The position numbers were made by a program, and so were the translations under genes. Below the pieces are notes generated by a model. That model was not told the origin of the DNA. It worked only from the letters and a program-made list of their open reading frames with translations, and searched no databases. From Haliotis rubra (taxonomy: Eukaryota), in NCBI RefSeq assembly GCF_003918875.1, contig NW_025765514.1, positions 620,001 through 684,000 of the forward strand: DNA of 64,000 nucleotides, written 5' to 3'. Shown here piece by piece: positions 23,401-34,900 of this stretch. Numbering within the stretch: position 1 is the stretch's first letter; each line of letters opens with the position of its first letter.

Positions 23401-26096
23401 TCTTCATTAGAACATTGCAAGTTTATAATGCAACCCTTTCATCTGTGCGATAAGAAAGTTATTTATGTATTTATGAACAAAACCATGTATCAGATCCTTG
23501 ATCCTAGATATCACCACTGAAATTGTCTACAAACATGTGAAAAGTGCTTTCAGAAAGAAATAACAATTGCACACACAGTAAAAACAAAGTAACTGAAGCT
23601 TACTGTGTGAAATTCTGCTAATCTGTTTTGTGAAAGTAGACAAAGCAGATTGAGACCCAGTAATTGGTATTTGTAAGTAGACTCTGGCAAATTGTCTCTG
23701 AAACAGAAGATGACAATATCATCAGCATATGTTATCAACTTACAGCATCATCGGATTAACATTCACCATAACTAATATCAGCAATGCAGTCTAAGAAAAA
23801 CCAAGTTCACCTTACAAAGAGGAAATAATTCATATCAAACCATGTTCTGAAAACAATGTCACTCCCTAGTTTTGTTGAATGTTTATGTAACGTCACTGAT
23901 GTTTCATTGGGAACACTCACTTGTAATCCATGTAGTAACACTTCAGCTGTGCCATGTAGCGCTCGAATGATGGAATGTCTCTTTTAGCAATTGCCCATTG
24001 TGCACCAATTTCAAGAATATCACCTGAAATATGATGAACACCAGTTTCATAATGGGCAAGTAAACTCAACATAGCAGTAGCAGCTTTGCAGATCTGAATA
24101 CTTTAGGTCATAGTATTCACGAATGGTTAACTGTACATAAGATATACTGCACATGATTCAGACAAAAATGCATTGCACATGGTACTTGGTAAACAAACAA
24201 CAATATTTTCAGTGGGTGGGTTAGGCTGCTGAATAGGGTTGTATTACTAGCAGTAACTACCACATTGTCATTCAATGTTACAATATGTGTCGGAGAAGAA
24301 AATATTTGGTTGCAATGTCGCTCATAACCCCTGAAATAATATCTTACGGCATAACCCTAGATAGAAGTATTACAAAACATTTATGTTAGGGTGAGGCTGC
24401 CTGTGTCCAGATAATATCTAAAGCAGGGCTTAGATGTGAAAATATTTCCTTTTTTTCAGGCAAGCCTAAAAACTCAAGACACTTTAATAAGCATAGGAAT
24501 AACATAGTAATAATTCAGCTGTAATTCATCTCATCTGAAAACAAATCTGAATTGTGATTGCAGAACTGTTTGTTTCTTTGTTGGTTGCTTAACACCACAC
24601 TCAGCAATATTCCAGCTATATGGAGTGGTCTGTAAATAATTGTGAATCAACTGGTTCCTTATACAATAAAACTAAAAGTACTAGTGTTGTCCCCTGACAT
24701 CTTCCTCCACTTAGTTTCTTTTGAGGTTTCATTTATACATGACAGAGTGGAAGGTTATTAACTTACGAGCAATAAGCAGTTCTTGCTTTGATGGATTTGA
24801 TTCATCTGTAGGCAAAAACGTCACACTCGTGAGAGCAATCTGAAAATTAACAATGTCAATATTTGCTCAGTTATATCCAAGTACAGATCAAACACAAGAA
24901 TCAGAACAATATTTATTGAAACAATTTGAGGATCAAAATGACACACACTCATTTATATGTATATTTTTTTAGAGTTAACTGATTTGTCTTCCATAAACAT
25001 ATATTAAGCAGTCGCATGTTTTAGGTCAAGTACATATCTGGGGTATTGTTTATCTTCAATGAAGTAAATGAAAATTTGGAAAAAGTGTTACTTTTCATTA
25101 AGATGAACAACTGGAAAATTAGTTGCAGTCACAAGCTGTATCAGGATATAGGCATGGCAAAGGGTGTTGTAAGTGGTCTTCAATAGATAACCTATTACTT
25201 CCTCAAGGGAGGTGTTGTCCATGTGGTCGTACATTGCTATACTCTGGTTTTGATGTATAATATAGGTTATATTGTTGTTTAACGCCATGCTCATCAATTT
25301 TCCAGCCATATGACAGAGATATGTAAATAATCTAGACAAGATAATCTAGTGATTTACATCATGAACATCCACCTATGCAACAGGGATACGATAACACGCA
25401 TCGACCAAGTTAGTGAGTCTGATCACCTCATCCCGATAGGAAGGAGGGCATAAACATGGCATAATAAAAGCGCAGCTTTACAGCTATCACTGCGAACACA
25501 TTTGTTCTTAACATCAAAATCTGAGAATAATACTGGAAAATGTTTTCACGGTAAAACTTGTGCTGGCACGCTTGATCTAGATCTATTGTAGTCCAGCATA
25601 TAACTAGACGACTTTGCACTATACCAAGGTGTGCTCTATGTAGGCCTTGGCTGGAATACGAGTTTATTCATATGAACTAGATCTATTGGTATAAATGCCA
25701 TCAATTTATCATGATGAATAACACAGATTAATCATATCATTGGTCATTTGGTGACAAACCAGCATCATAGAGCTAGTGTTAATCTCTTCTCAGATTGCTG
25801 GAGGGGGATAATAATTGAAAAAAAATACCGTCTTTGAAGAATCAAGACAACATTTGTTAATACTGAGAAGTTATCAAAATGGAAATGACAAAGCAAATCT
25901 GTGGTTGACTTGGGCTTGTTTGGGGACTGACATAGAGACAATAATACAGCAAATACTAAATATTGATGGGAAATTCGAAAGATTATACCTTCAGCTTTGC
26001 TAAAAACTCGCCACATCTTTCAAGATTTGGTGGTTTGCGATCAAATTCACGCTTCAAATTCTGATACATTCCAACGATTTCCTTCAAGGAAGACAT
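20412..26096 (-). CDS. PSMD8: 26S proteasome non-ATPase regulatory subunit 8 (Rpn12), complete, 265 aa
   Basis: Exons (minus): 26096-25989, 24839-24767, 24023-23921, 23697-23604, 23194-23096, 22192-22119, 21209-21098, 20546-20412; total 798 nt with consistent phases. Motifs: [93 protein letters not shown]. Confidence 0.97.
20710..21073 (-). mobile_element. Retroposon family C, two tandem copies (5' ends at 20945 and about 21073)
   Basis: GACCCGTGAAGATCCGGGTTAGAA..GGTCTTCAGCAAC-CATGCTTGTCGTA-GAGG module present twice; tail GCTGGAATATTGCTGAGTG. Confidence 0.85.
21336..21784 (+). mobile_element. Non-autonomous AcademH-like transposon carrying a RecQ helicase N-terminal fragment
   Basis: 16-bp TIRs CATTCGTAACTACTCG / CGAGTAGTTACGAATG; 9-bp TSD ATCTAGAAG (21327-21335, 21785-21793); internal 21462-21611 translates [49 protein letters not shown] (RecQ motif I, LPTGxGKS-like). 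Confidence 0.8.
22384..22545 (+). mobile_element. SINE family A
   Basis: Full head (GTCAC anticodon-like loop, GGTTCGATTC B-box) and tail. Confidence 0.8.
25589..25677. mobile_element. Tiny (about 89 bp) TSD-flanked element in PSMD8 intron 1
   Basis: TAGATCTATTG duplicated at 25578-25588 and 25678-25688; inverted homolog at 29583-29661. Confidence 0.7.
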
Positions 26097-26922
26097 GTTT
26101 GTCGTGTTTGCAGGAACGAGCTTCAGTTTGGAAATGATTCTGATTGGATGAAAATAGAAATCACCTTTCCCGGACAACTAGTTTTCAGTATGTTTATCGT
26201 CTGCTAGATACTACAACACACAATTAACTTAAAATGTATCGATTTTACCTTCTAATTAAATACCACACAGTTTATGTGTAACTAAGGGATTACATAAAAA
26301 TTAGTGATACGTTGCAATGTGTATTTGTCGCATATACATGTATATGCTTTGTTTACTGTTTGTGGTCAGCCATTGTCATTTTTAACTGATAGAAAACAAT
26401 CGGGCACACACAAGAACAATATGCAACGCTTTTCACACAAAGGCGCATCATACACACAAACACGATACCATACACACCCTAGTATGAACTGTACGAACAC
26501 GTGGTGTCTCAAAACTACCTCTGGTCACCAGCAGGATTGCTTCAGCATATTGTTTTACAAACACCCATTTACTGGAGTCTCATCCAGAGTCAAGTATAAT
26601 TGCTGAACGAACATTATTCATGCTGAACGAACATTATTCATGGATATTAAGTATTTACATGACTGTTACTTGTTGTTCTGCAAGTAAACTATTCAACAAC
26701 ATTTACTGAAAGTCCGGGTTCAAAAGTCGAGTGTACACTAGGAACTAGATTGAAACCGCCTCGTGAAGATCCGGTTCAGAATTGGTCCGCAGCAACCTTT
26801 GCTTGTCCTACAAGTCGCCTAACGGGATCGTGTTATCAGGTTGTCATATCGGTGTATCCTCCTTGCGTAGACCGATGTTCATGACGTCAGTCACCGGAGT
26901 GTCTGGTCTTCATAATACTGAC

Positions 26923-27199
26923 GACCCGTGAAGATCCAGGTTAGAATAGGTCTTCAGCAACCCATGCTTGCCACAAAAGGCGATTATGCTTGTCGTAAGA
27001 GGCGACTAACGGGATCGGTGGTCAGGCTCGCTGACTTGGTTGACACATGTCATCGGTTCCCGATTGCGTAGATCGATGCTCTTGCTGTTGATCACTGGAT
27101 TGTCTGGTCCAGACTCGACTATTTACAGACCGCCGCCATATAGCTGGCATATTGCTGAGTGTGGCGTAAAACTAAACTAAACTCACTCACTCACTCACA
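26923..27199 (+). mobile_element. Retroposon family C, full length, inserted at the end of an older family C copy (26759-26910)
   Basis: Starts GACCCGTGAAGATCC; (ACTC)n tail; 12-bp TSD CATAATACTGAC at 26911-26922 and 27200-27211. Confidence 0.9.
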
Positions 27200-27236
27200 C
27201 ATAATACTGACACTCGAATGCCGTCACATAACAGCC

Positions 27237-27358
27237 AGGATACGGTTGTATCATTGCTTCATTAACTAATGTCAACATTAAACCCTAATGATACATTAGT
27301 TAATGAACATTTAATGGCACGTTAATGCTTCATTAAAGTTTGATACAACCGGGTCCAG
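27237..27358. mobile_element. Short hairpin MITE (Harbinger-like)
   Basis: CAGGATACGGTTGTATCA...TGATACAACCGGGTCCAG inverted ends around an AT-rich self-complementary core. Confidence 0.55.
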
Positions 27359-28283
27359 GACATTGCTCCTTCTGTGTTTTCAGGTGGATTACAAATGTTG
27401 ACACTTTTGAGTAGATTTACACTAGAATTTAGACAAGAGGTAAAAACTGATACTTTTGTACAAATCCCCCCATTTCTGTAATATTTTGAGTGAGTGAGTG
27501 AGTTAGTGAGTGTTTAATGCAACATTCAACAATATTCCAGATTTTTAACAATTAAACAATTGCTTCTAGTCCAGGCAAACTGTTGCACGATTGATAACAT
27601 TCCCCTCAAGACATGAACAGCGACACAGCCACCATCCATATTGACAAAATGAATTACTTGGAAGAACCTCTAGTCATCATACCAGCCGCTAGAAAGTGAA
27701 TTAAAATTTTATCCAACCAACATCTAGATTACCTCAGCTCTGTGGATTTAGCATTGTTCTCGGATTCAATTTGAATTTGACCTTTTAGTTTTGATACAAT
27801 AACACCATTAGACTGAATGTTTGTCCAGCATTTCCTTCCCCCCGGAAACATCATGGCGGATGAGCAAAAGACCTGAAACGTTCACACGACACAATAAATA
27901 AAGCTATCGAAACTAATATTGAATTACATGTACACATTCTTTCTACAGTTTCAAGTTACCATTTTAGTATGAAATTACTTTCTGCAAATTTTCCTTTTGG
28001 ATGCTTTAACGCGAGCCTCTTCTCTGGTCTGGTGGCCACAACACAAAGAGACCTTAGTAGTTATCTTATACAATGTAGTTTAACATCGCCTAACAGTTTA
28101 ATCAGATTTATGGGTTCGTTCCCAAGATGTTCTGTAGCTAGTTAGTACCATGTCTGAAACCTTGGCATTGTCTTTGAAACTATTTTCTGTTAAATTATTG
28201 GACACCATGTCTTGGAGATAGCTGTTAAATAACAAGAGGACTTTCCGGTTTGAATGATCTTGTTATCACTCAGAGCCTGGAGT

Positions 28284-28448
28284 GAGTGAGTGAGTATGAT
28301 TTTACGCCGCTTTTAGCAATATTACAGCAATATCACGGCGGGGAACACCAGAAATGGGCTTCACATATTGTACCCATGTGGGGATTCGAACCCGGGTCTT
28401 CGGCGTGACGAGCCAACGCTTTAACCACTAGGCTACCCCACCGCCCCA
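28284..28448 (-). mobile_element. SINE family A, full length
   Basis: Intact head and tail; TSD CTGGAGT at 28277-28283 and 28449-28455. Confidence 0.88.
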
Positions 28449-28939
28449 CTGGAGTCCTTTACGAGAGAATTATGACCGTTGTAGCATGTAACGGCGTTAT
28501 ATTTGCACAAGTAACATAGCACTTAATGTCTATCCGACATATATTTGTCTTCACTGTATGTGCATAATATCTGGCAACATGTGAATTTTCAGACTATATC
28601 CTTCCTGCATACTGTATGTGTTCTCCAGAAAGACAGGCTGGAAATGTTGTGACAGTGGAATCTAGTTTGTCGGGTGAATACTATAAAATCACGTGAAATG
28701 CACCGCAAACAGTATAATAGGGTTTTGATAGTTTCAATTTAGCCACGGGGAATACTCTCATTTTCCTTTTCACTCAAACCTATTTTGTTTATTGCTGTCA
28801 CTAGATCACCACCGGCAGGTATCTTAGAGTAACATAAGTTTTATGGAAACAAGTACTCTGCATTTCGTAAACTCAAGCACATGCGGAGTATAAGTCGGCA
28901 TTTGTGTATGATAATTTGACGGATAACAACTGTTTTGTG

Positions 28940-31900
28940 ATGGAGAACGACATTCTAGATTCTCTTGAAGATCTAGGGTACTTCTTTCAATTCACTGTCA
29001 ATATTATCTGATAACGTCTCATTGTATTTTAAGTCAGATAAGCCTAGCTCCACGGTGAAGTGCCGCAAGACTGATTGTCAAACGCATTGCAATACGTCAC
29101 TAGCGTTTACAGCAGACTTGCTTTGTCAGCATAACCAAAATATTCATTCACTAACATTTTCCTAATTCTACATAAACTATTTGTTTTCCTTTGATAGTTA
29201 TATGTGTGCAGTATTGTCAAAATATCTAAACAAAGGTAAAGTTTAGGATGTAGTTGTTTAAGAAAATTACTGTACATGTAGCTTAGAATGGTAACATGGT
29301 TTTGACAAAAAAGATGCACCAGTTTCATTATTCATGCAGTTTCATAAGTGATTGTTAATGGTGGACATAAATTCATATGCAGTCTGTTTTCAATTAATTA
29401 ATTGTATTATCCGTAAAGCTTACATTACCATGTCATGAACATGTAAAAGAGGTGAAACTGCTTGATAGATCGGCTACGCATTCAAGGATCCAATGTTGTT
29501 GCTATTGCAGGGATTGAGGGTGTGAATTTTCAAGGATCAACCCCCAACCTTATTTAAACATGTTCCAATGTAGGTACTCTGTTGGTTCATATGAATAAAC
29601 TTGTATTCCAGCCAAGGCCCATAGAGCAACCTTGGTATAGTGCAAAGTTCCTAGTTAATGCTAGGTACTCTGTATGTTGTAGGGTAGGGGTGTGCAGAGA
29701 AACAAATGATATCCTAACTATAACAAGAATTGTTTTGTGTTAATAATGTCGATATGACACAGGCGCTATGGGATACGCCCCTTATACTACTTAGGAACCT
29801 AAAGTATGATGTATCCATCGATAAAACTGTATAAGCTATTTATCATCATTCATATTGATTAAAAAGACTGAGTGATTAGTTGGTTGGTGTATTATTTAAT
29901 GCAATAGTCCAGTTTCCTGGTGGCGGTCTGTAAATAATTGAGTCTGGACCAGACAATCCAGTGATCAACAACATGAGCAATGATCTACGTAATAGGGATA
30001 CAATGACATGTATCAACCAAGTCAGCGATCCTGACCTCCCAATCCTGTTATTTGCCTCTTACGACAAGCATAGGTTACTGAAGACCTATTCTAACCCAGA
30101 TCTTCACGGGTCAAGTGATAGTATTTGAGATATAAAATATCAATACAAAAGATTGAAAATAGAAGTACTGTGAACACGTTAAGGAGTATGAAACAAGTAG
30201 ATGTATTTTCTGAATTATATATTATGATTAACTTAAACACTTTCACCTGACACATGTGGAAAATGAAACTGCAATTTTTGTCCAAATCAGCATTGTTCCT
30301 GTTTGACATTAATTTTCCTCCACACAGTTTCTCCGGGACTCTTCTGGATGAGGCTGTACTTTCGTCATCAGTTGATCCCAGCAACAAGTCCTTGGAATAC
30401 ACTCAGCTTGTTGAGTGGCTCACCAGACAACTTAAACAGTTCTGTGGCTTAGAGGAGCATGTCAATGCCATCACAAGTTAGTTCTGTCAAACTGTTGGAG
30501 AAACATTAGTCTCTCTCAAAGTCCCAGAACCAAATCATTTCCCTTCTGCCCAGCAAGTCTAGATGAAACAAGTGTAGATTTTCCTTAGGTTTAGGATTTG
30601 AATCTCTTATCTCACTAGGGCTTCTTTGAAATTTAAACTGAATTCTTTTTGTTCTGATTTCAGAGACTGAGCATTGTCACTTATGCGTAAGGAAATACAG
30701 GGATAATGTCATGTTTGAAAATGGATGGGAAATATATTTCCTTGGTCCTCTTTATAGTAACATTGGAGAGTAGACCCTAACTAATTTCTTTGAATTGCAC
30801 ATACAAGAAGTGCGAGTATGGTTTGCCCTAGCCATATTCGAACAATATCACATAAGGGGATATGAGAAAAAAGGCTGCACTGATTGTACCCATGGTAACA
30901 AACCAGTGGCTTCACCATCACAAGTGACTAAGTCTAACATACAGTTCACATACACTGACTTCAGTGAGCAATAGAATTAGTGCATTAGATAGCTCATAGT
31001 TCCTTTGGCGTAATCCATAGAGTACTGTATATGATCTATGCATATGACTGGTGTATACAGGATCAGTTAACCAATAATTCATTGGGACAAATTGTTACTG
31101 TAACTGAGTTGAAACAGCCTGAAAGTCTGGTAATTGTAATCACCCTGTTGTCAAAAGTGTGTAGAGGGTACCCAGATCGAGACTTTTGCAATAATACTTC
31201 ATGACCTCAATACTCTGTATGCAAATCTCAGGAAACATTTGTCAAGTCCTTGTGTATCACACTTACATAAGAATACTGGTGGACATGATGGCCAATGTCT
31301 GTTATCTTCCAAATTCTATTGAAGTTGAAATCACTTTTGATTTAAATGTCAAATCTTTTATGACTATATCCGTCAATAGATATTGCTTATCTTGTAATTA
31401 AAACACTGATTTCCAAAAATATGTCCATCACAACAAAATGTTCAAGCTGTGCAAGTGACGCAATGACATTGTGCCCTTTTGTATAAATACATGATACATC
31501 ATGCCTCTATTAATCACTTATTGGTGACTTATTTGAAAAGTCAAGTAACAAAAACAAACATTTTGCAGATACCGGTGACTGGTGTAACTTTGAACTTGAG
31601 TTAAGTGGCTTCCTCCGAGAATATGGTATGTCATATAATACTTTTTATTTCTCCTGGTTGAAATCGTTTTTCTTAATTCAGACAGTAATTGGATTATACA
31701 ATGAGCAATGTGCAAATATCTTTTCTGTAAGTGAAACTGTGCTTGATTGTTGGTCTGTATGTGTAGACTGCTTCCGCAATCATAATAGAAAAAATACTGT
31801 AGCGAGAAATAAGTGAAATCTTAATGTAATTGCACATTGTTGGTATGTTTCGCATGATGAATATCTTCAATATTTGCTGTACATTGTCCTTTATTCATAA

Positions 31901-34900
31901 GTTACATGATTCCATTGCAGGCTGTCCGTATCCTTCACTCAGTGATGGCCCTATCAATCAACGGCTTACCACCAGAATGAACAAGCTACAACTCCTGGGT
32001 AGATCTCTTGACATTCCTTAACCTTTCTTGTCTTTTTCTTATATCACCTTCCAAAGTTTCATTCCAGTGTCACTTTCTCATGTCACCATGTTCATTATTA
32101 AAGGTCACCTTTTAAATCTTCCATTTCCATGTTTCCTTCCCATGTCACCAAGTGCACCTTCCAACTTAAATCCAAGGTCCTGTTCAAATAGACAGCAGAC
32201 ATAATAAGGTCATTCCAGGGAAGTATTGGTCCCAAGAACCTTGTGTATACCCATACACAATTACATGACTGAAAAAGTGACTCCGTGGTCTTGGTGTGTG
32301 ACCTGGCTGATTGTACCTTGTTGTACTTCAACAGTGTGGATTCTGTTCAGTCTGGCTGCATGTCTGACTCTGGATGTACAGACTGCAGTGATACAGCTGT
32401 TGCTGACTCTAGTATAAGACAACATCCAGTCAAAGCAGCGCCAGTAGTACACCCCTGTATTGGTGCAGTGTTACACGTTTGTGTTGGTCATGTAGCAATG
32501 TAAACAGATGCATGGTATACAAGGACAAGCTAGCAGGTATGAAAGGAATATGGAGTACAAGGGTTATCAAGTTATTGGTGTAATTAACCAATGTTTCTTG
32601 ATGTGTTAAGGTGTTTGTCCTTGATGTGATGATTCATAAATGTTTAATGTTTCACTTGCTTTGTCTCCACCATAGGCGTACCCAGAGGGGATGGGGTGCA
32701 GGAGTGCGTACCCTCTCTTTTTGTTCTGAAGTTTATTAAATGACCATTGTAACTCTCGTGAGATGAAGTGTGCACCCCCCACCACCCCCTTCTCTAGAGT
32801 GTGCAAAACCAAAACATGAACGCATTCACTTTCACAAAAAGCTGTATCCGCCCCTGGTCTCCACTATTTCTGAAACCTTTTAAAACACTCTCTTGGTCTC
32901 CCCATTATAACCTAAGGCCTGATAAGTGATGACAAAAGGTTACACCTTAAATTGCACACCGAAATTGCTTGGGGATAGTGATAATACTACACAAACTCAC
33001 CTCTCTGGACCAGGGGCCCGTTTCACAAAGCCCTCTTACCGGTACGACCTCGTAAAGCAGGTCGTAGACAACCTCTTTCTTTTTTACCCCGTTTCACAAA
33101 GAATTCGTATATTTACACTGTGCCGTAAACAGCCCAAAATTTAGGACCCCGATTGACCTGTTGTAAATGCTTTAGGAGGTCGCAAACACTACAACGATTA
33201 TGGCACTGCAAGTGATTAAAACGAGCTAACAAAGAAGACCTGAGAAATTTTGAGACAGGTCGAACGTGCTCGACACTCTGGATGATGTTGGCATGATGTC
33301 GAGATATAGATTTCCTTACGCGTTTTGTGGGGGGGTATTAAAATGGAGTCCGTCCTGCGTGCATCCGTCCTTCCGTGCACATTGGTCTTTTCCGGAGCAG
33401 AACTCTAAAACCGTTCACTATTTCTTCACCAAACTTGACACATAGATAGATCTGGTGGTGTGCTGGTGCCTTTTGGTAGTTTTGGAATTCTGAATAAAAT
33501 ATTTTTAGCGTTTCCGTGGCAACAAGTTTGACTTAGCCTGAAATTGGTGGTTGGGCTCTCTTCCGGAGCAGAACTCTAAAACCGTTCACTATTTCTTCAC
33601 CAAACTTGGCACATAGATAGATCTGGTGGTGTACTGGTGCCTTTTGGTAGTTTTGGAATTCTGAATAAAATATTTTTGGCGTTTCCATGGCAACAAGTTC
33701 GACTTTGACTGAAATTGGTGATAGTGCTCTTTTCTGGAGCAGAACTTTAAAAACCTTTCAATACTCTCCTTCCACTTTTCTATATACACACCTAAATATT
33801 TGACATAATCATAACTCGTAGACATAATCATGAAGAGTATTTTGACATTGCGGGGGCTATTGATGACTTTGTCTTCTTGTTATTCTTTGAAAGTGTTTGG
33901 GGCGGTGGGGTAGCCTCGTGGTTAAAGCATTTTGGCTCGTCACGCCGAAGACCCGGGTTCGAATCCCCACATGGGTACAATGTGTGAAGCCCATTTCTGG
34001 TGTCCCCCGCCGTGATGTAGCTGGAATATTGCTAAAAGCGGCGTAAAACCAAACTCAGTCAGTCAGTCAGTTGAAAGTGTTTAATTGTTTGAATAATAGT
34101 TACAAAAGAAATTGGCACATTTAGAGTATCACACCATAGTTTAAACCTTTAAACAAGGGTTAGTAGATCAAGTGTAGCCATAACTGCAACATGTACTTTA
34201 GTTCCTATAGTGTGCAATATTCAATACATTGGGACTAATATTGCAGTTTCATATAAACAAAATGATTGACAGCGAGTTAATTCAAACCTTATAAGTAAAA
34301 CTGATAATATTAATGGAAATGATTTATACATTTTATCTTGTAATTTTCAATGGAATTTAGTTAGAGAATCCAAAATAATTCATTTATTGATATTTTTGTT
34401 ACAATAAGATAACCTGTACATTCAATTAAAAACATAACATTTGCGTTGTTATGTGCATTATTTCTATTTTGAAATACTTTGGGAATAACAAGATAAGCAG
34501 TTGCCCGTTCGGTCTCACTTTATGCTTTGCTATGCAACGAAGTACCTCTTATACAATGTACGACATGGATTTAGGACAGCGCGTCGTACGACATGGATAC
34601 GACGTCTTTGTAAAACGGTCGTAAAGAAGGTCGGATGAGGGTCGTAAACAAGGTCCTATGGGCTACGACCTCCTACATTTAGGAGGCTTTGTGAAACGCG
34701 GGCCTGGACTGGTGGACTCATGCGAGTTTACTTATTCAACTTTTCTGACATAAGGACCAACATTGTGGTGTAAGTGTGTCATGCTAAGCTGAAACTGACC
34801 GTGTACATATCCTATTGCAGATTATCTGTGCACAGAGCTGGCCAGTGTACGGATATTAGCAGCAGGAAAACCTGGCTTGTTGAAAACAACATCTACTACC

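Larger units (their letters stand above)
33011..34706 (+). mobile_element. PIF/Harbinger-derived element with a transposase N-terminal relic and nested insertions
   Basis: TIRs CAGGGGCCCGTTTCACAAAGCC / GGCTTTGTGAAACGCGGGCCTG; 33236-33316 translates RPEKF*DRSNVLDTLDDVGMMSRYRFP (HARBI1-like start). Confidence 0.7.

Noticed and set aside
25589-25677. Intronic snoRNA interpretation of the tiny shared element
   Set aside because: No C/D boxes or two-hairpin H/ACA layout; target-site duplications indicate a mobile insertion.
26097-28939. Compact bidirectional promoter for PSMD8 and FAM98
   Set aside because: The start codons are about 2.8 kb apart with several retroposons between them; separate promoters are more likely.
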